From: Octopus sinensis
Lineage: Eukaryota
Assembly (NCBI RefSeq): GCF_006345805.1
Contig: NC_043001.1
Coordinates: 43,524,001-43,588,000, forward strand
Length of the DNA: 64,000 bases
Reading direction: 5' to 3'
Part shown: piece by piece, positions 39,131 to 52,493 of the stretch
How positions within the stretch are numbered: the stretch's first letter is position 1
Layout: each line of letters starts with the position of its first letter
Made by a program: the position numbers and the translations under genes
Notes under the pieces: generated by a model
The model's database searches: none
What the model saw: only the letters and a program-made list of their open reading frames with translations
Told to the model about the DNA's origin: nothing

Positions 39131-39513
39131 GGAAGCACTCCATCGGTTACGACGACGAGGGTTCCGGTTGATCCGATCAACGGAACAGCCTGCTCGTGAA
39201 ATTAACGTGTAAGTGGCTGAGCACTCCACAGACACGTGTACCCTTAACGTAGTTCTCGGGGATATTCAGCGTGACACAGAGAGTGACAAGGCCGGCCCTT
39301 TGAAATACAGGTACAACAGATACAGGAAGTAAGAGTGAGAGAAAGTTGTGGTGAAAGAATACAGCAGGGATCACTACCATCCCCTGCCGGAGCCTCGAGG
39401 AGCTTTAGGTGTTTTCGCTCAATAAACACTCACAACGCCCGGTCTGGGAATCGAAACCGCGATCCTATGACCGCGAGTCCGCTGCCCTAACCACTGGGCC
39501 ATTGCGCCTCCAC
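39131..39513 (-). mobile_element. tRNA(Arg)-like SINE family C, full length and young
   Basis: Head gtggaggcgcaatggcccagtggttagggcagcggactcgcgg; perfect 13-bp TSD atattgtgtttat at 39118-39130 and 39514-39526. Confidence 0.9.
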
Positions 39514-40116
39514 ATATTGTGTTTATAGTTAAGGTCCATTACGTCAGTTACTTTGTTCTGAAGATAAATTGCAAGCCAATAAAAGTTCCACTACACGACC
39601 CCAGAATCTGTTAGAAATAACAACTATATCTTCCTCAAAACACACAATATCATTTAACTCAGGAAAGGATATATTAAATCATAAAAGTCCTATGCAGCTT
39701 TAAAAAAAAACAAGATGATTACAGTTATAACATCTCAATAATGATTGTTCTGGAGTTAGACAATGACAATTACAATCGTTTTCACTTTAAAGTAGATTGT
39801 TTATAAAAGGCATTCAGTTCTAAATAAATTTGTGTCAACCAACAATTCTGTCTAATATTTATTTGTTCAACTTATGATAAATATGACCTGTCATGTTGAC
39901 CCTGAAAAAGTAGTTATCAATATGTGTAGTTATCAGTGACTGTAGAGCTGAGAGAAGTAGTTAATGAGATTTCCTGTTACTTTAACAATAAGGAAAGGAA
40001 AAATAAAAACAAAAACCACAGCATACCACCTTAGGCAAGTGTTTTCTACTCCAGCGTCAGCCTTAGGTCAACAAATATCTTGTGAGTGAATTTGGTAGAT
40101 GTAAACTGTACAAAGC

Positions 40117-40210
<94 letters not shown>

Positions 40211-41449
40211 AGTGTGTGTGTGTGTGTGTGAGAGAGAGAATGTATATATCTTTGTATGCTTGCGTTTGTCCCTCACCACTGCTTGATAACTGGTGTTGTT
40301 TTTTTATGGTCCAGTAACTTTGCAGTTTAGTAAAAAGGAACTAATAGAATAAGTACCAGGATTTAAAATAAGTACTGACTGAAACAAGTAAAAAGAAACA
40401 GATATATATATATTTATATATATATATAGTAAGGTACTGAAGCTTATTATTTATGGTAAAGATATAAATAATTGTACATGCATACACCTAATAAACATAT
40501 ATTTAGTGTTGTGCAAATACATATCATGGTTAGACCAAAGGAATGTATTTGCAGCCTACAGCCTTTCTGCAGAGATCCCTGTGGTTTAACCGCAGGATCT
40601 CTATGTACCGCTAGGCTGAATGTATGTTTATTAAACATGTGCATGTAAATTTATTTATAACATGTAGACACACATGCCATATGGTTGTGTTGTATAATTG
40701 AGTAGAGAAATTCAGACCTTCATTTATTATTGTCTTTTCATGTGAAAAGATTTAATCTGAACATTGTAAGCTACCAAACTACTCAAATGTCATATTAGCT
40801 TTTATGTTCTATCTCTACCTTGCTTCCTCTCCTCCAGGTAAGTTGTGTAGGAATAGTTTTAATGCCTTACCCAGATCACAACATATTACCAAAGCTAGTG
40901 AAATGAACTGACACCACTTATCTATTTGCCCTTTATAATTTTTTTGTTTTGTTTTGCTGTCGTAAAATAATAAGGCATTTTGGTAAATATATGCTTTGAA
41001 AATACTTTTCCAAAAAATATCCGTAAACTGAGAAGAAAAAGAAAACTGAAGGTGCCAGTCAGAAACATATTACTGTAATTCTTTGTAACTTTCCCATAGA
41101 ATTTTGTAATTGAAATATAGGTCACTCAGACAATAAGCTATATAAGTATTTTTAACATCATTGAAATGATTCAAGCATTTGGCTAATTTCCTGCATTAGT
41201 AACTGAGAAAGAAAGTGGGTAACTCTTAGAGTAGTGACTTAATATTTAATTAGCTAGCCATTAACTCTTCTTGTTTTCTTGCATACATTTTACAACTATT
41301 TCTCATACATATTTAAGTATATTTCATGTGAATTTTATATATATTTCATTCATATGCTTTGCTTCTATTACTGGCTTTAGTCATTGACTGTGATCATGCT
41401 GGGACAGTATCTTCAAGAATTTTAGATGATCATGTTGGTCCCACATGAA

Positions 41450-42135
41450 GACAGATTATATAAACAAAGACACTTACTTTTAGACCAATGTAAATATAAA
41501 TGCCCACATTGACAAGATCAGTAACCTCTCCTGGACTTGCAATAACTGCATCACTTCTCACCCAGGAGGCTATGCCTTTGCTGTTGAAGAACAGGAGATA
41601 GGCATGAAATACCTGATTAACAAAAGAAATAAGAATGCCTATAAACTTCCACTTTGTAATAAAATGTGTCAGTTGTGCCATAACAATGTGGAAGATATTA
41701 TGCATACCCTCAGTAGCTTCTCAAAAATATCTGCAAGATATTTCTGGCCCAAGAGACACGGCACTATTATTAAGATGGCATATAATGCTTTACACAAGAA
41801 GGATTATCCTGACTGTTATACCAAAGGTACACCAGAACCAGAAAGTACCCACAGCTTTAAAAATAATCTATTTAAAAATACTGGTGGAACCTTCTGATAA
41901 AACTGGTCTGTGTATGCACAACAAGCCAGACATAGTTGTTTGGGATGGTAAGCAAAATGTGTGTACCATTGCAGATTTGAATGGGGAAAACAAGAACGTG
42001 TATGGAAAACTAATGAAAAACTTATAACTCTTATATGCCGATTATAAATTTTTATTTGTTCCTATTCTCAAAAGTGCACTGGACTATGTAATAACAGATC
42101 TGCATAGAAACCTAGAAATGCTTGAGTTCTTCAAA
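41450..42135 (+). mobile_element. R4/Dong-like (RLE-type) non-LTR retrotransposon C-terminal relic
   Basis: EQEIGMKY..CQLCHNNVEDIMHTLSS..RH (zinc knuckle) and HNKPDIVVWD (RLE PD motif). Confidence 0.7.
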
Positions 42136-42149
42136 AAAGAACAGAGTTG

Positions 42150-42335
42150 ACCGATCAAAGTGGATGATGAAATTCCATATAGAATTAAGAAAGCAAGTTT
42201 TGCTTTTGGAAGGCTAGAAAAGCGCCTCTGGAGTCGGCGAGACATATGCAGAAAGACAAAGATAAAGGTGTACAAGGCATGTGTGCTCCTTTCTCTTCTC
42301 TATGCCTGCGAGATGGGGGTCACATATCGATACCT
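42150..42335 (+). mobile_element. RTE/BovB-like RT C-terminal fragment
   Basis: DDEIPYRIKKASFAFGRLEKRLWSRRDICRKTKIKVYKACVLLSLLYACE. Confidence 0.8.
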
Positions 42336-44171
42336 CCTTAAACATACATGCATGCAGGTACACATACATACTCAATAAGTTTCACACACAAAACTCTTGA
42401 TCCTTGAGTCACTTTGTAACTTCTGCTGATTATATATATATTTATAAAACAAATGAACATATACACAGAAATATGTTGGAGCAATATAGTGCCATTGTAA
42501 GGTCAGGAATAAGATTGCCACATGAGCCAGTTATATATGGTGATTAGAAAAGAAAGGGACGCCATACAAAATTAACTGGAAGCTCTATGAAGAACTTGGG
42601 CAATACTTTAATGGAAGCAAACAGTGCAAACTTTACCTAGTTGTGAGGACAATAATTAAAAACAAAATGTACCTGATTCAGGTGCCATCTTGAACTCGAA
42701 AAGTGAAATTTTTAGCTGCTGTCCTTATGACAGAAAACTCATTTTGGAAACATGGTCTTTCCCATTTGTGGACCAGAGTTTGGAAAAAAAAACTACACAG
42801 ACACAACTTAGTCCCTTCGGCCAAGGCTGGAATCACACAAAGAGGAAGCAACTCTGCTTTCCCTGTCAGAAAAGGGATTTTTTCTTTGTTTTGGGTTTTT
42901 TTGCTACCAAGCCACCAGCACTACATATTTATCTCCAACATTAAAGAGGCTATGTGCTTCCAGCCAGTATATCTGATAAGTTATTTATATTGTCAAGCGC
43001 AATAGTAGATGCAAAAACAATGGTAACTTTCCACCCATTTATATGCCATGACCAAGAACATACTACTTGACAACATGAAAGTATACATACATACATACAT
43101 ATATACATACATACATATAAACATACATAAATATATACATACATGCATATATACATACATGCATACAAACTTAATATCCTGTTGTACAATCTTTATACAT
43201 AAAAAGCTCATACCTGTAATATTATTTCCTGTTCTCTGTTTAAGGGTTTCAGCTGCTTGTTCAATAGGCTTGTCTGATCCATGTAAACATGAAACAGGAA
43301 AACGATGATAATGATGATAATTTCATAAATTAAAACTAAAATTTTTGAAAACTGTATTAGTAATATATTGAAAAATTTTGTTAATATATTTGCTTTTTTT
43401 TAAAATTTCATTCAATAACAATAAATTTTCTGTAGTAAATTTGTGTTGTTGTTGTTGGATTTATATCAGAGTATGATATATGAGATAAAGTATTTTACAT
43501 AAATGGAGTTGTAGGAATAAAACAGTCCCATGGATAATGTTTTTTTACTAATAATTCATGTATTGTGAGTTGGAATCTGAGCCAGATGTTTTGAATGTTT
43601 TGGGGGAAGGTACTTATCTTTTAATAATCACTTCAACAAGATGTCAAGAATAGGTATCACATCTTCCAGAAAAATACTTCAGTTGTTGTTGTTGTTGCTG
43701 TTGTTGTTATTGGTGGTGGTGGTGGTGGTGGTGGCATTGTTGTTTTGCCTCCTCCCTTCCTCCTACTTTTGTGCTTAAGCAAGTAGTAAATAGAACTAAA
43801 GTTGTTATTCTATTCCTCTAAAAGCCAAGTCTGTATCCACTTACAAGTTCCAGTATAAATTATAATCACTCTAGCTTCTGGAAAAGCCTGTAAACTTACA
43901 AACTTTCATTTCATATCTCCTAATACAGTTTTGTGTGTGTATATTTGTGTGTAATGATTAAATTTTATCTCTCTCTAATTAATATTGTTCTAAATCATCA
44001 TCAAATCCAGAGGTTTAACCATTTTGATACTGACTTGCCTGAAAGTTTCCCAATTTTAAAGGATTCATACCTTAATTAAAATTTCTCATCATTATTTCAT
44101 GTAAGAACTTTTTGTGAAGATATATTCTAAACACCAGTTTTATATAGAAATAAATGTAAAAGTTAGTAATT

Positions 44172-44585
44172 TTTTTTACTCTTTTACTTGTTTCAGTCAT
44201 TTGACTGTGGCCATGTTGGAGCACCACCTTTAGTTGAGCAAATCGACCCCAGGATTTATTCTTTGTAAGCCTAGTATGTATTCTATCGGACCCTTTTGCC
44301 AAACCGCTAAGTTACAGGGACGTAAACACACCAGCATCAGTTGTCAAGCAATGGTAGTGGTGGTGGGGGGGACAAACACAGACACACAAACATACACACA
44401 CATGTACATACATATATATACATATATATGAAGGGCTTCTTTCAGTTTCCGTCTATCAAATCCACTGACAAGGCTTTGGTTGGCCCAAGGCTATAGGAGA
44501 AGACACTTGCCCAAGGTGCCACGCAGTGGGACTGAACCCAGAACCACGTGGTTGGTAAGCAAGCTACTTACCACACAGCCACTGA
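44172..44585 (-). mobile_element. SINE family B, near full length
   Basis: gtggctgtgtggtaagtagc..ggttcagtcccactgcgtggcaccttgggcaagtg..ctgaaacaagtaaaagag. Other copies at 40020-40400, 49478-49835, 55458-55625, 55715-56080, 56475-56700 and 58720-58865. Confidence 0.85.
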
Positions 44586-45598
44586 CTAAACATCTCCAAA
44601 TACTTGATTGTTCCAAATGGAAACATACCAGCAGCATATTTCATTAGAAGTGTAAATATGTCTTCAAAAGGGCCAACTCACAGTTTCCAGCCTAGTGGGT
44701 AAACTTGTTTGATAAAAGGTAGCCTTATCTATGAATAGCAGTGATAATAGTTGTTGTTTAACCCCAGACCAACTCTGATCAGGCAGGTTTATGATGAAAG
44801 GTGTCACAGTAATGACCAACCTGCCTTTTTTTCAAACATAGAATATGTAAAGCTATGCTATTCAATTTGTCCTCCCTTTGTTTTTCTAAGCTGATAAAGT
44901 GTTATACGAGGGAGATTTGGCTGTTATTATAAACACATTGTGCGTCCATGTAAAAGTTCCATTATTGGCTGTGTGTCTGCTACTGTTTTGTTACTTTGAT
45001 ATGTCAGCAAGACTTGTACTGAGAAATTATTGAGAAACTGACGTGGAAAAAGACGTGTTAGGTGGCTACAAAAATGTAATTTTCTGTAGAGATTTTTGTT
45101 TACATTGTCTGTTTATCAAAATAATCTGTCACATATATTTTTGCCTTGTATTTTTGAGTTTGTTTAAGTGAATTACTCTCTTTTTCTTTCTCTCTCTCTT
45201 CATTTTATTTCTCTCCCTCATTAGGTATATGCACTAGGTATGCCTTTGTATGTGTATACACACACACACACACACTCTCTCTCTCACACACACATGCACA
45301 AATGTTTTTATATGCTAGCACACTTATATGTATTTTAGTGTGTGTGTATGTATTTGCTCATTTATGCATATATTTTCTCATATCTGCTGTTTATTTTCAT
45401 AGTATTCCAAAATTCCTGTGATGAAAGAGATTTAGATATTATCATGCAAAGTAAGACAAATAAATTTTGCAGGCTTGCAATAAATTGAAAATTTATATTG
45501 CAGTAAATCTGTTTAAATGCAGAGCAAAGCACTGTGTTATATGCTGACTCTGCTATATACTGAAGAAAAGTTGATGTTAATTGGCAAACAGGTGAATA

Positions 45599-45968
45599 TC
45601 TCTTCTCTCTATATATAAACGGCAGTTTGTCTGTCTGCGTGTCTGTTAGGTTGTACCCTCACCCTGACCACGGCTTTCAACTGATTCTGATGAAACTTGA
45701 CACACACATAGCCCAATGTCATAATTCAAAACTAACGCAGCGAAAATTTTGAAAAGTTCCCCCAGTCCTGAAAAAAATCGATAAATTCGACATGGGGTCA
45801 AGAATCAGAAACACAAACCACAGACTGTCTAGGGGACGCAACTCGACCATTTTAACTCTCAAAAAAAAATTTACCATCATTTTTTTCCATTTTTTGGCTA
45901 TAACTCTCTAAAAATGCTTTATAGTTATTTCCCTTACAAACCCGAGCAACGCCGGGCGATACTGCTAG
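45599..45968 (+). mobile_element. Non-autonomous Helitron (young)
   Basis: A|TC start; ends cccgagcaacgccgggcgatactgCTAG|T. Confidence 0.85.
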
Positions 45969-46459
45969 TCATTTATAAAATTAAACTCTTTCTGACATCA
46001 AAGCAGAGCTCATCAAAAAGGAAGTTAACAGGATGGAATAAAAGATGTCACAAGCTTTAATATACTGCAACTGTACTTGGCAGTGATCATATGTGCTGGT
46101 GATCTATCATTAAGACATTTAACAAGCAAGGCAGAGCAAGTTTTTTAACACATCTTGCCTTAGGATGGAAACTTCTTAAGATTTAAGGTTGCTGTTTTCT
46201 TTTGTAGTGGAGAAGAGACTGTAATATATTCATGGGAATTCTTGGCTCTCTGAGCCCCAAACTTATATACCAACTGATCCTTCTCCTATTATAAGCACTG
46301 ATCAGAAGTTATACTCTAGTACCAGCAAAATGCTAGGGTTGATGGTATTAACTTAAACACTTCCACCTCAAAATTGCTGGCTTTGTACCTACATCAAAAA
46401 GCCATTATTTGAGTTTGTATTTAATTATAGATAGATAGCTAGATAGATAGATAGATAGT

Positions 46460-46506
<47 letters not shown>

Positions 46507-49500
46507 TGAACACTCAGTCTTGCCAGTTGAGTAGAATATACTTTAATGAAGAGGTCTTATAATACTGAAGCATGTCTGTTGCTTCTACGAATTGAATTTA
46601 ACAATCAGATACACTCCATCCAGTCTATATTGTGTACATCATCCAAAAATTTCAGTCAGCTGATCATATTGGATTTATCTCCCTTCCTTGTTTTTTTTTT
46701 TTTTTTTGAGATTTAAATAATTATACCAGAGAGATTTTTGTCTACCAATGGCATATGTAATTCCAAGTTGATAGAAGTGTTTCAACTTACTGTGTTACAT
46801 ATGTGAAACACTATCATAGTTGTACTTAATGCAAAGATTGCTCCCTTGTGATATTTCCCCTCCCCCCATTAGCCATATTTTTGATAATAAATTGTGACAA
46901 ACACTACATCAGATATCCTGATACATCTTAGTTTGTTTATCCAGGAACTGGGTGAGAACAATGTAGTCTATTCTGTGCAATAAATTTTCATTGAGATTCC
47001 TCTTATCATCTCAAGCAATATGAGATATTTTGTGTGCTTTATATATACACTAAGTTAAGCAACATATTTTGGCCAAGATTCCTATCATTAACTCAAGCAA
47101 CACTGGGATTTTACACTTAGTGTATTTTATATGGAAAAGAATTAACTAACATACTTATATTGTTTTCACCAAGTAGTGGAGAGAATAAAAGGTAGTGTGC
47201 TTGATTAAACGGATTTTATTATTTGAGCTGGCAGAACTATTAGTACACTAGACAAAATGCTTAGGAGCATTTTGTCTGTTCTGAGTTCAAATTCTGCTGA
47301 GGTCAACTTTGCCTTTCATCCTTTCAGGGTTGATAAAATAAATGCCAGTCAAGTATTGATGTTGATGTAATTGAGTTTACCCCTACTCAAAAACTGCTGG
47401 TTTTGTGCCAAAATTTGAAACCATTAAGTAGTTATATCCCTTTCATTTCAAGACATACTTTGTCTTTCATTCAACAGAACCAGCTAAAAATTGGGATTAA
47501 TTCAATTGCAAATTTCAATGCAAATTTATGGCCATGTTCAATGTAAGAGATCATTATTGTTTTATTTTTCTTCTCAGTAAACCAAGCCCTTGGTTTGGAT
47601 TACTAATTGTAGTCCTCACATTTTATGTTATTAATGAAGTTGAGAAAGATATGAATGTCATAACTTCTCATTTTCTTTGGTCCTCCAAAATAAAATTTCT
47701 TGGTTCTGTGTTAATGATAAAACTTCATTTTTTTAATTGCATTCATATTCCTCTAAGTCAATTGACTTAGCTCTCAGTGGCCTGCATAGCAGATACTCTC
47801 CCGCTAATTTAAATAATATTATTTGATATAGGTAAAGTGGTGAGCTGGCAGAATCGTTAGCCTGCAGGACAAAATGCTAGCAGTATTTCATCTGTCCTAA
47901 CAGTCTGAGTTCAAATTTCATTGAGGTTGACTTTGCCTTTCATTCTTACAGGGTTGATAAAATACGAACCAATTGAGTTAATGTAATCAACTAGACCCAC
48001 TCCTCCCAAATTTCAGGCCTTGTGTCTATAGTTGAAAAGACAATTTTATACAGGTATAATTTAATTGAATTATTATTTAGTAGTAATATGTTAGGGTGCC
48101 CACTTGTTGCTTGTTGTTAATACTGTTGTTTCTGCTGATACTTTTAGAGTTGGGAATTTGGCAAAAATAGTGGACTTCCTTCCCTCAATCTGGACTGAAA
48201 GCTTATAGTGTTTCAATTAACTCTTCTATTTTCTGAGTACAAACCTTGCTGGACGTAATTTTGCATCATTTCATCTCTCTGGAGTTAATAAAACAAGTAC
48301 CATTAATACACTAAGATCATTTTCATTTATTGACCATCACTCAAGCAAGAATTGAAGTTGTGTGAATGTGTGTTATTAAAGTTAGCTTTAGATTTTAGGA
48401 ATCTAAGCTTTGGTTTGTCTAAAATGGGACATTAGTAAAATGATATGCATACAGTAAATTCATCAATCTGGATAAGTTTGTTGGTATGCCAAGAGAAGAA
48501 GAGGAATCTAATGTTTTAGGATTTGGACTTTACCTGAAGGGAAGAGACTTCTTTAACTTTTCTCTTAGGTTAAGGGTTACCTAAAACATTATTTTCCTCT
48601 TCTCCCACAACATACAAACTTAACTCATCTACTTCACTAAAAAAGTTTTGTCAATGCCAGACCCTCATCAGTTTCCTCTGACGCTATTGTAAGGCTGGTA
48701 TGTATGCCTTACTTAGACATAGATTGTCTCTCCATAATTGAGCTCAGTTTTCTTCTCTCCTGTACAACTAGTCCTTGTGTATTATGGGTCATACAGGAAT
48801 ATCCAGTACCAGGTGTTTTGGGGATAGTTCTTTCTCCAGTGACCACATCTTTGCAGTCAATGTATGCTGAATAGCTGGTTGTCACAAACTTTACATTCAA
48901 GGTGAAACTAACTCAGTATCCTATGTTTTGCTGTGGCTGGGATTTACTTTAAAGATTTCCTGAGTTGTAATTCTGTCTTGTGATTTTGGGGATCTTTGTA
49001 GATGTTGTTGGTTGAACATGTCTAAATTTTTGACCACCTTTACTGTAATTTACAGTTTCACTGCTATGCATATCTGTATATCTACCAACTGAAATTGTTT
49101 GCATATAAGAATTTTACATAATTTTCCAAAAGTATATTTTTTGTAATAAATATATTCATATACTGGTCATGGCATTCTGAAAATTTTTAATTTTGAAAAT
49201 TCACGATATATTATAGGGTACCCATCTCTTACTTAATATACTCAGACCAGTTGTTGCTGTTTAATCCCAGGTCAAACTTGATCAAGGAAATATAAAAAAA
49301 AGGAGCCTATGGAAAAATAAAACAAAAATAAGAAAAACGATTAATATTGAGAAAGATACAGCATCAAGAAGTTAAAGAGCTTAAAGGCAAAAGAAAGAAT
49401 TAAGCTCTTAATCTCAACAAAGGCGAAAAACAGATAAGATCATTTTGTAAAATGTTGGAGCTTCTTCAACAAGAACCTGCAGGCATGGCTGGGTAGTAAG

Positions 49501-49949
49501 AAGCTTGCTTCATGGCATCTTGGGCAAGCGTCTTCTACTATAGCTTCGGGCTAACCAAAGCCTTGTGAGTGGATTTGATACACGGAAACTAAAAGAAGCC
49601 TGTTGTGTGTGTGTGTGTGTGTGTGTGTTGTGTGCCTGTGTTTGTCCCCTGCCACCGGTCGACAACCAGTGTTGGTATGTTTATGCCTTCGTAACTTAGC
49701 AGTTTGGAAAGAGACCAAGAAAATAAGTACCAGCCTTAAGAACAAAATAAGTACTAAAGTCAATTATTTCAACTAAAATTCCTCCAGGCAGTGCCCCAGC
49801 ATGGCCACGATCCAATGATGGAAATAAAAGGTAAAATGTTTTACTGGGGCAGTAAAGAAGCATGAGAAAACACACCAACAACAAGAGAAATACTAACACA
49901 TTTGGAGAACATATATAAGTAAAATATACAGCATAGTAAGGATTAGAAA

Positions 49950-51180
49950 AATGCAGGAAGAAGAAACCAAAGTAGCACTATTCACATGACCTTGTATAAC
50001 TACTTGAGACTCTATAAATACAGTCACTATATGGCTAGCAACAAGAAGCTTCTCAGAATTGGAAAAGCCTTCAGTTTCAGGTTAAAATATTTAACAAGCA
50101 CATATGAATTCCTACAAAGACCTTACTAAACACCCAGCTGGTTACTAGAAGAACATATGATATTAATTTCCATACACAAATATTCTATGTGCCCTGTAAT
50201 GGGCTCCAATATCACTAACAATATACAAAAGATTGATATCTATACTCACCAACAAGATGGCTACTCATCTGGAAAATAACGACATCTTGCCTGGAGAACA
50301 GAAAGATATTGTAAAAGAAGCAATGATTGAAGACAGAAGAGGGGTGAGAGAGGGGGAGGCAGAGAAAGAGAAAGATAGAAAGAAAGAGACAGAGAGAGAA
50401 AGAGATAAATAGAGAGAAACATACACACACATACACACACAAAGTGAGAGAAAGGCGAGGAGAAACAAAATTTAAGCATATTAGGGATTGATTACTTAAA
50501 AGCCTTTGTCAGCATCCACATTCTTGGATATTAGATACACTCTATATAAACAACTTAGTCCAATACTAAGAGAGTATGCCAAACATGTCAAGTCAAACTA
50601 GAAGATTTCAATAACATTAAAAGATAGTAAAACAAAAAAACCCTAATCCTATTCTTGTAAAAAAAGCAATTTTTTTTTCAGACCAGTTTATCCCAACCCG
50701 TTTTCTATGTAGCTTTGGTTTCATTAAAAAGATTTGTTGAATCAAACTTTAAAAGCTTTGGACAAAGCATTTTGATAGTTTGTATTTTGATAGTTTAAAA
50801 CTGTGTACAAAAGACAATAATCAAGTAGAGAATTTATTAGAAATTGTACATGGATTTATCAGGGATATGAAAATAAGTATGGGATTATATATATTTTATG
50901 AAATTAGGTTAGCCTAAGAAGGGGGATAATTAATTAATGCTTGAAACATTAAGTTAGATTTAAGCATCTGAAGCCAGAGGATTTTTACAGAACTACCTGT
51001 ATGACTAGGTATTTAGAAATAGATAAAACTGATAAGTTAGGTCACATAGAAATAGAAGGCAAAAAGTGCACACAATTCAGATTAAATTAAGAGCTTAATT
51101 CAAATCTTAAAAATGATATTATGAGTACACTAGCCATTCCAGTTGTAAGTCTATATTAAACCATATCTAAAATAATTTAA
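49950..51180 (+). mobile_element. R4/Dong-like RT relic, highly degenerate
   Basis: Pieces PISLTIYKRLISILTNKMATHLENNDILPGEQK, IDYLKAF..HSWIL and LKLCTKDNNQVENLLEIVHGFIRDMKISMGL. Confidence 0.6.
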
Positions 51181-51204
51181 CCAGATCATCTACCCAACAA
51201 TCTA

Positions 51205-52491
51205 TTAGGTTGTCAAGAAAGTTCTTGCGGAATTTAAAATTTTGGTTTTAAATGATGTATTTCCAAATTAATTTTCATTAAATTACTTTGACTTTATATA
51301 TAATTTTAAAGCCTGTTCTTCGCTCTATCTAATCGTGTTACTTTTTTTCTTTTTGAATTATTAAGCCATTTTTTTCTGGAATGTTGAATACAACATGGAC
51401 AAAAAGCAAATTTGCACAATTTTCTTATTCCAGTTCAAGCTAGGCCGAAAAGCTGCTGAAACAGCTTGCAATATCAATGATGCATTTGGCTCAGGAACCA
51501 CTAATGAATGTACAGCACAATGGTGGTTCAAGAAATTTCGTAGCAGTGACAAGAGTCTTGAAGATGATAAGCGTAGTGGTCTGCCATAAGATGTTGACAA
51601 TGATCAACTAAGAGCCCTAGTGGAAGCCAATCCATGCACAACTGTTTGAGAGCTTGCTTCTGAATTAGACGTAACATATACAACAATTTTCAACCACTTG
51701 AAAGAGGTTGGAAAAATAAAAAATACTTGAGAAATGGGTGCTGCATGAATTGAATGACACCCCAAAAAAACATCATTTTGAAGTGTCATCTTCCCTTCTT
51801 TTACGCAACAAGAGTGACCCATTTCTTGACCAGATTGTGACTTGTGATGAAAAGTGGATTCTTTATGACAACTGGCAACACTCAGCTCAGTGGTTGGACG
51901 CCGACGAAGCTCCACGGCACTTCCCAAAGCCAAAATTGCACCAAAAGGAGGCCATGGTGACTGTTTGGTGGTCTGCGGCTGGTCTTATCCATCACAGCTT
52001 TTGGTTCCAGGTAAAACCATTACAGTGGAGAAGTACTGTCAGTAAATGGATGAAATGCATAAGAAACTCCAACAATAACAGCCAGCATTGGTCAATAGAA
52101 AAGGACCAATTCTTCTCCACAACAATGCTTGGCCGCACATCGCACAACTGACCCTGCAGAAGTTGAATGAATTGGGCTACGAAACTCTGCCTCATCTGCC
52201 ATACTCACCAGACTTCTCACCTACTGACTACCACTTTTTCAAGCATCTCGACAATTTTCTGCATGAGAAATGCTTCAAAAACCAAGACGATGCCAAACAC
52301 ACCTTCAACAACTTCATTGCCACCAGAACACAGGATTTTTATGCTACTGGCATGAATAAACTTGTTTCGCATTGGCAAAAGTGTGTTGATTCTGATGGTG
52401 TTTATTTCGATTAATAAAGTTTTGTTTGAGCTGAGATATGTGCATCTGAATTTAAAGGTTAAAAACTGCAAGAACTTTCTTGACAACCTAA
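51205..52491 (+). mobile_element. Full-length mariner, Hsmar1/cecropia-like, degenerate
   Basis: TIRs ttaggttgtcaagaaagttcttgc / gcaagaactttcttgacaacctaa, TA TSDs, 1287 bp. Transposase 51395-52414 has WVLHEL, TCDEKW, HNNAWPH and YSPDFSPTDY. Confidence 0.95.
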
Positions 52492-52493
52492 TA

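Noticed and set aside
46545-46585. atgaaga-ggt...act-gaag-catg-tc hammerhead-like string
   Set aside because: Two core mismatches and a weak stem I; not supportable alone.
48709-48900. Minus ORF ending at a gtaag donor-like site, possible host exon
   Set aside because: It reads better as a frameshifted RTE endonuclease relic (DCK.V.GE...H.LV.D), with no convincing acceptor.
51395-52414. Domesticated SETMAR-like gene
   Set aside because: TIRs are intact, there are multiple stops and frameshifts, and no SET exon is present; it is a dead transposon copy.
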